From Octopus vulgaris (taxonomy: Eukaryota): a DNA stretch of 64,000 nucleotides. Each line of letters starts with the position of its first letter. Positions within the stretch are counted from its first letter, which is position 1. The stretch lies in assembly GCA_951406725.2 (NCBI GenBank), contig OX597839.1, positions 24,986,001 through 25,050,000 on the forward strand, written 5' to 3'. This document shows, in pieces, positions 63,580-64,000 of this stretch. A program made the translations under genes and the position numbers. The notes below the pieces were generated by a model. That model had not been told where the DNA came from and searched no databases. It saw only the letters and a list, made by a program, of their open reading frames with translations.

Positions 63580-63895
63580 TGGCAGGTAAATGTCTTCTAC
63601 TATAGCCTTCGCTTGACCAAAACCTTGTGAGTGGATTTGGTAGACAGAAACTGAAAGAAGCCCGTTTTATACATGTGTGTGTGTGTATATGTTTGTGTGT
63701 CAGTGTTTGTCCCCCCACCATTGCTTGACAACTGATGGTGGTATGTTTACGTCCCCATAACTTAGTGGTTTGGCAAAAAAGGCTGATACAATAAGTACTA
63801 GGCTTACAAAGAATAAGTTCTGGAGTGGATTTGTTCAACTAAAGGCGGTGCTCCAGCATGGCTGCAGTCAAATGACTGAAACAGATAAAAGAATG
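63580..63895 (+). mobile_element. SINE family A (5'-truncated)
   Basis: Body and tail match. Confidence 0.8.
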
Positions 63896-64000
63896 TATAT
63901 ATATATATATATATGTATATCATCATCATCATCATCGTTTAGCGTCCGCTTTCCATGCTAGCATGGGTTGGACGGTTCAATTGGGGCCTGGGAAACCAGA

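Overview
This is repeat-saturated, AT-rich animal genomic DNA, intronic or intergenic. The SINE families and very dense microsatellites look like Octopus (cephalopod) sequence; that is from recognition, not a search. I found no recognisable host protein-coding gene, and almost every ORF in the track is a microsatellite or SINE artefact. The window holds many copies of at least five short retroposon families and dead fragments of Penelope-like (PLE), RTE, R4/Dong and CRE-like LINEs. It also holds Tc1/mariner relics, piggyBac-, hAT- and long-TIR MITEs, and a non-autonomous Helitron. The strongest unannotated signal is about nine type I hammerhead-ribozyme (HHR) motifs from several unrelated sequence families. 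They lie in short inserts mostly anchored in (TA)n tracts, several folded back into long palindromes. One carries a U3-A8 core covariation and lies downstream of a PLE RT/GIY-YIG remnant. HHRs in PLEs are a known association; their diversity and density here merit testing. Other notable items are SINE multimers bracketed by one TSD pair and local templated copy-paste insertions.
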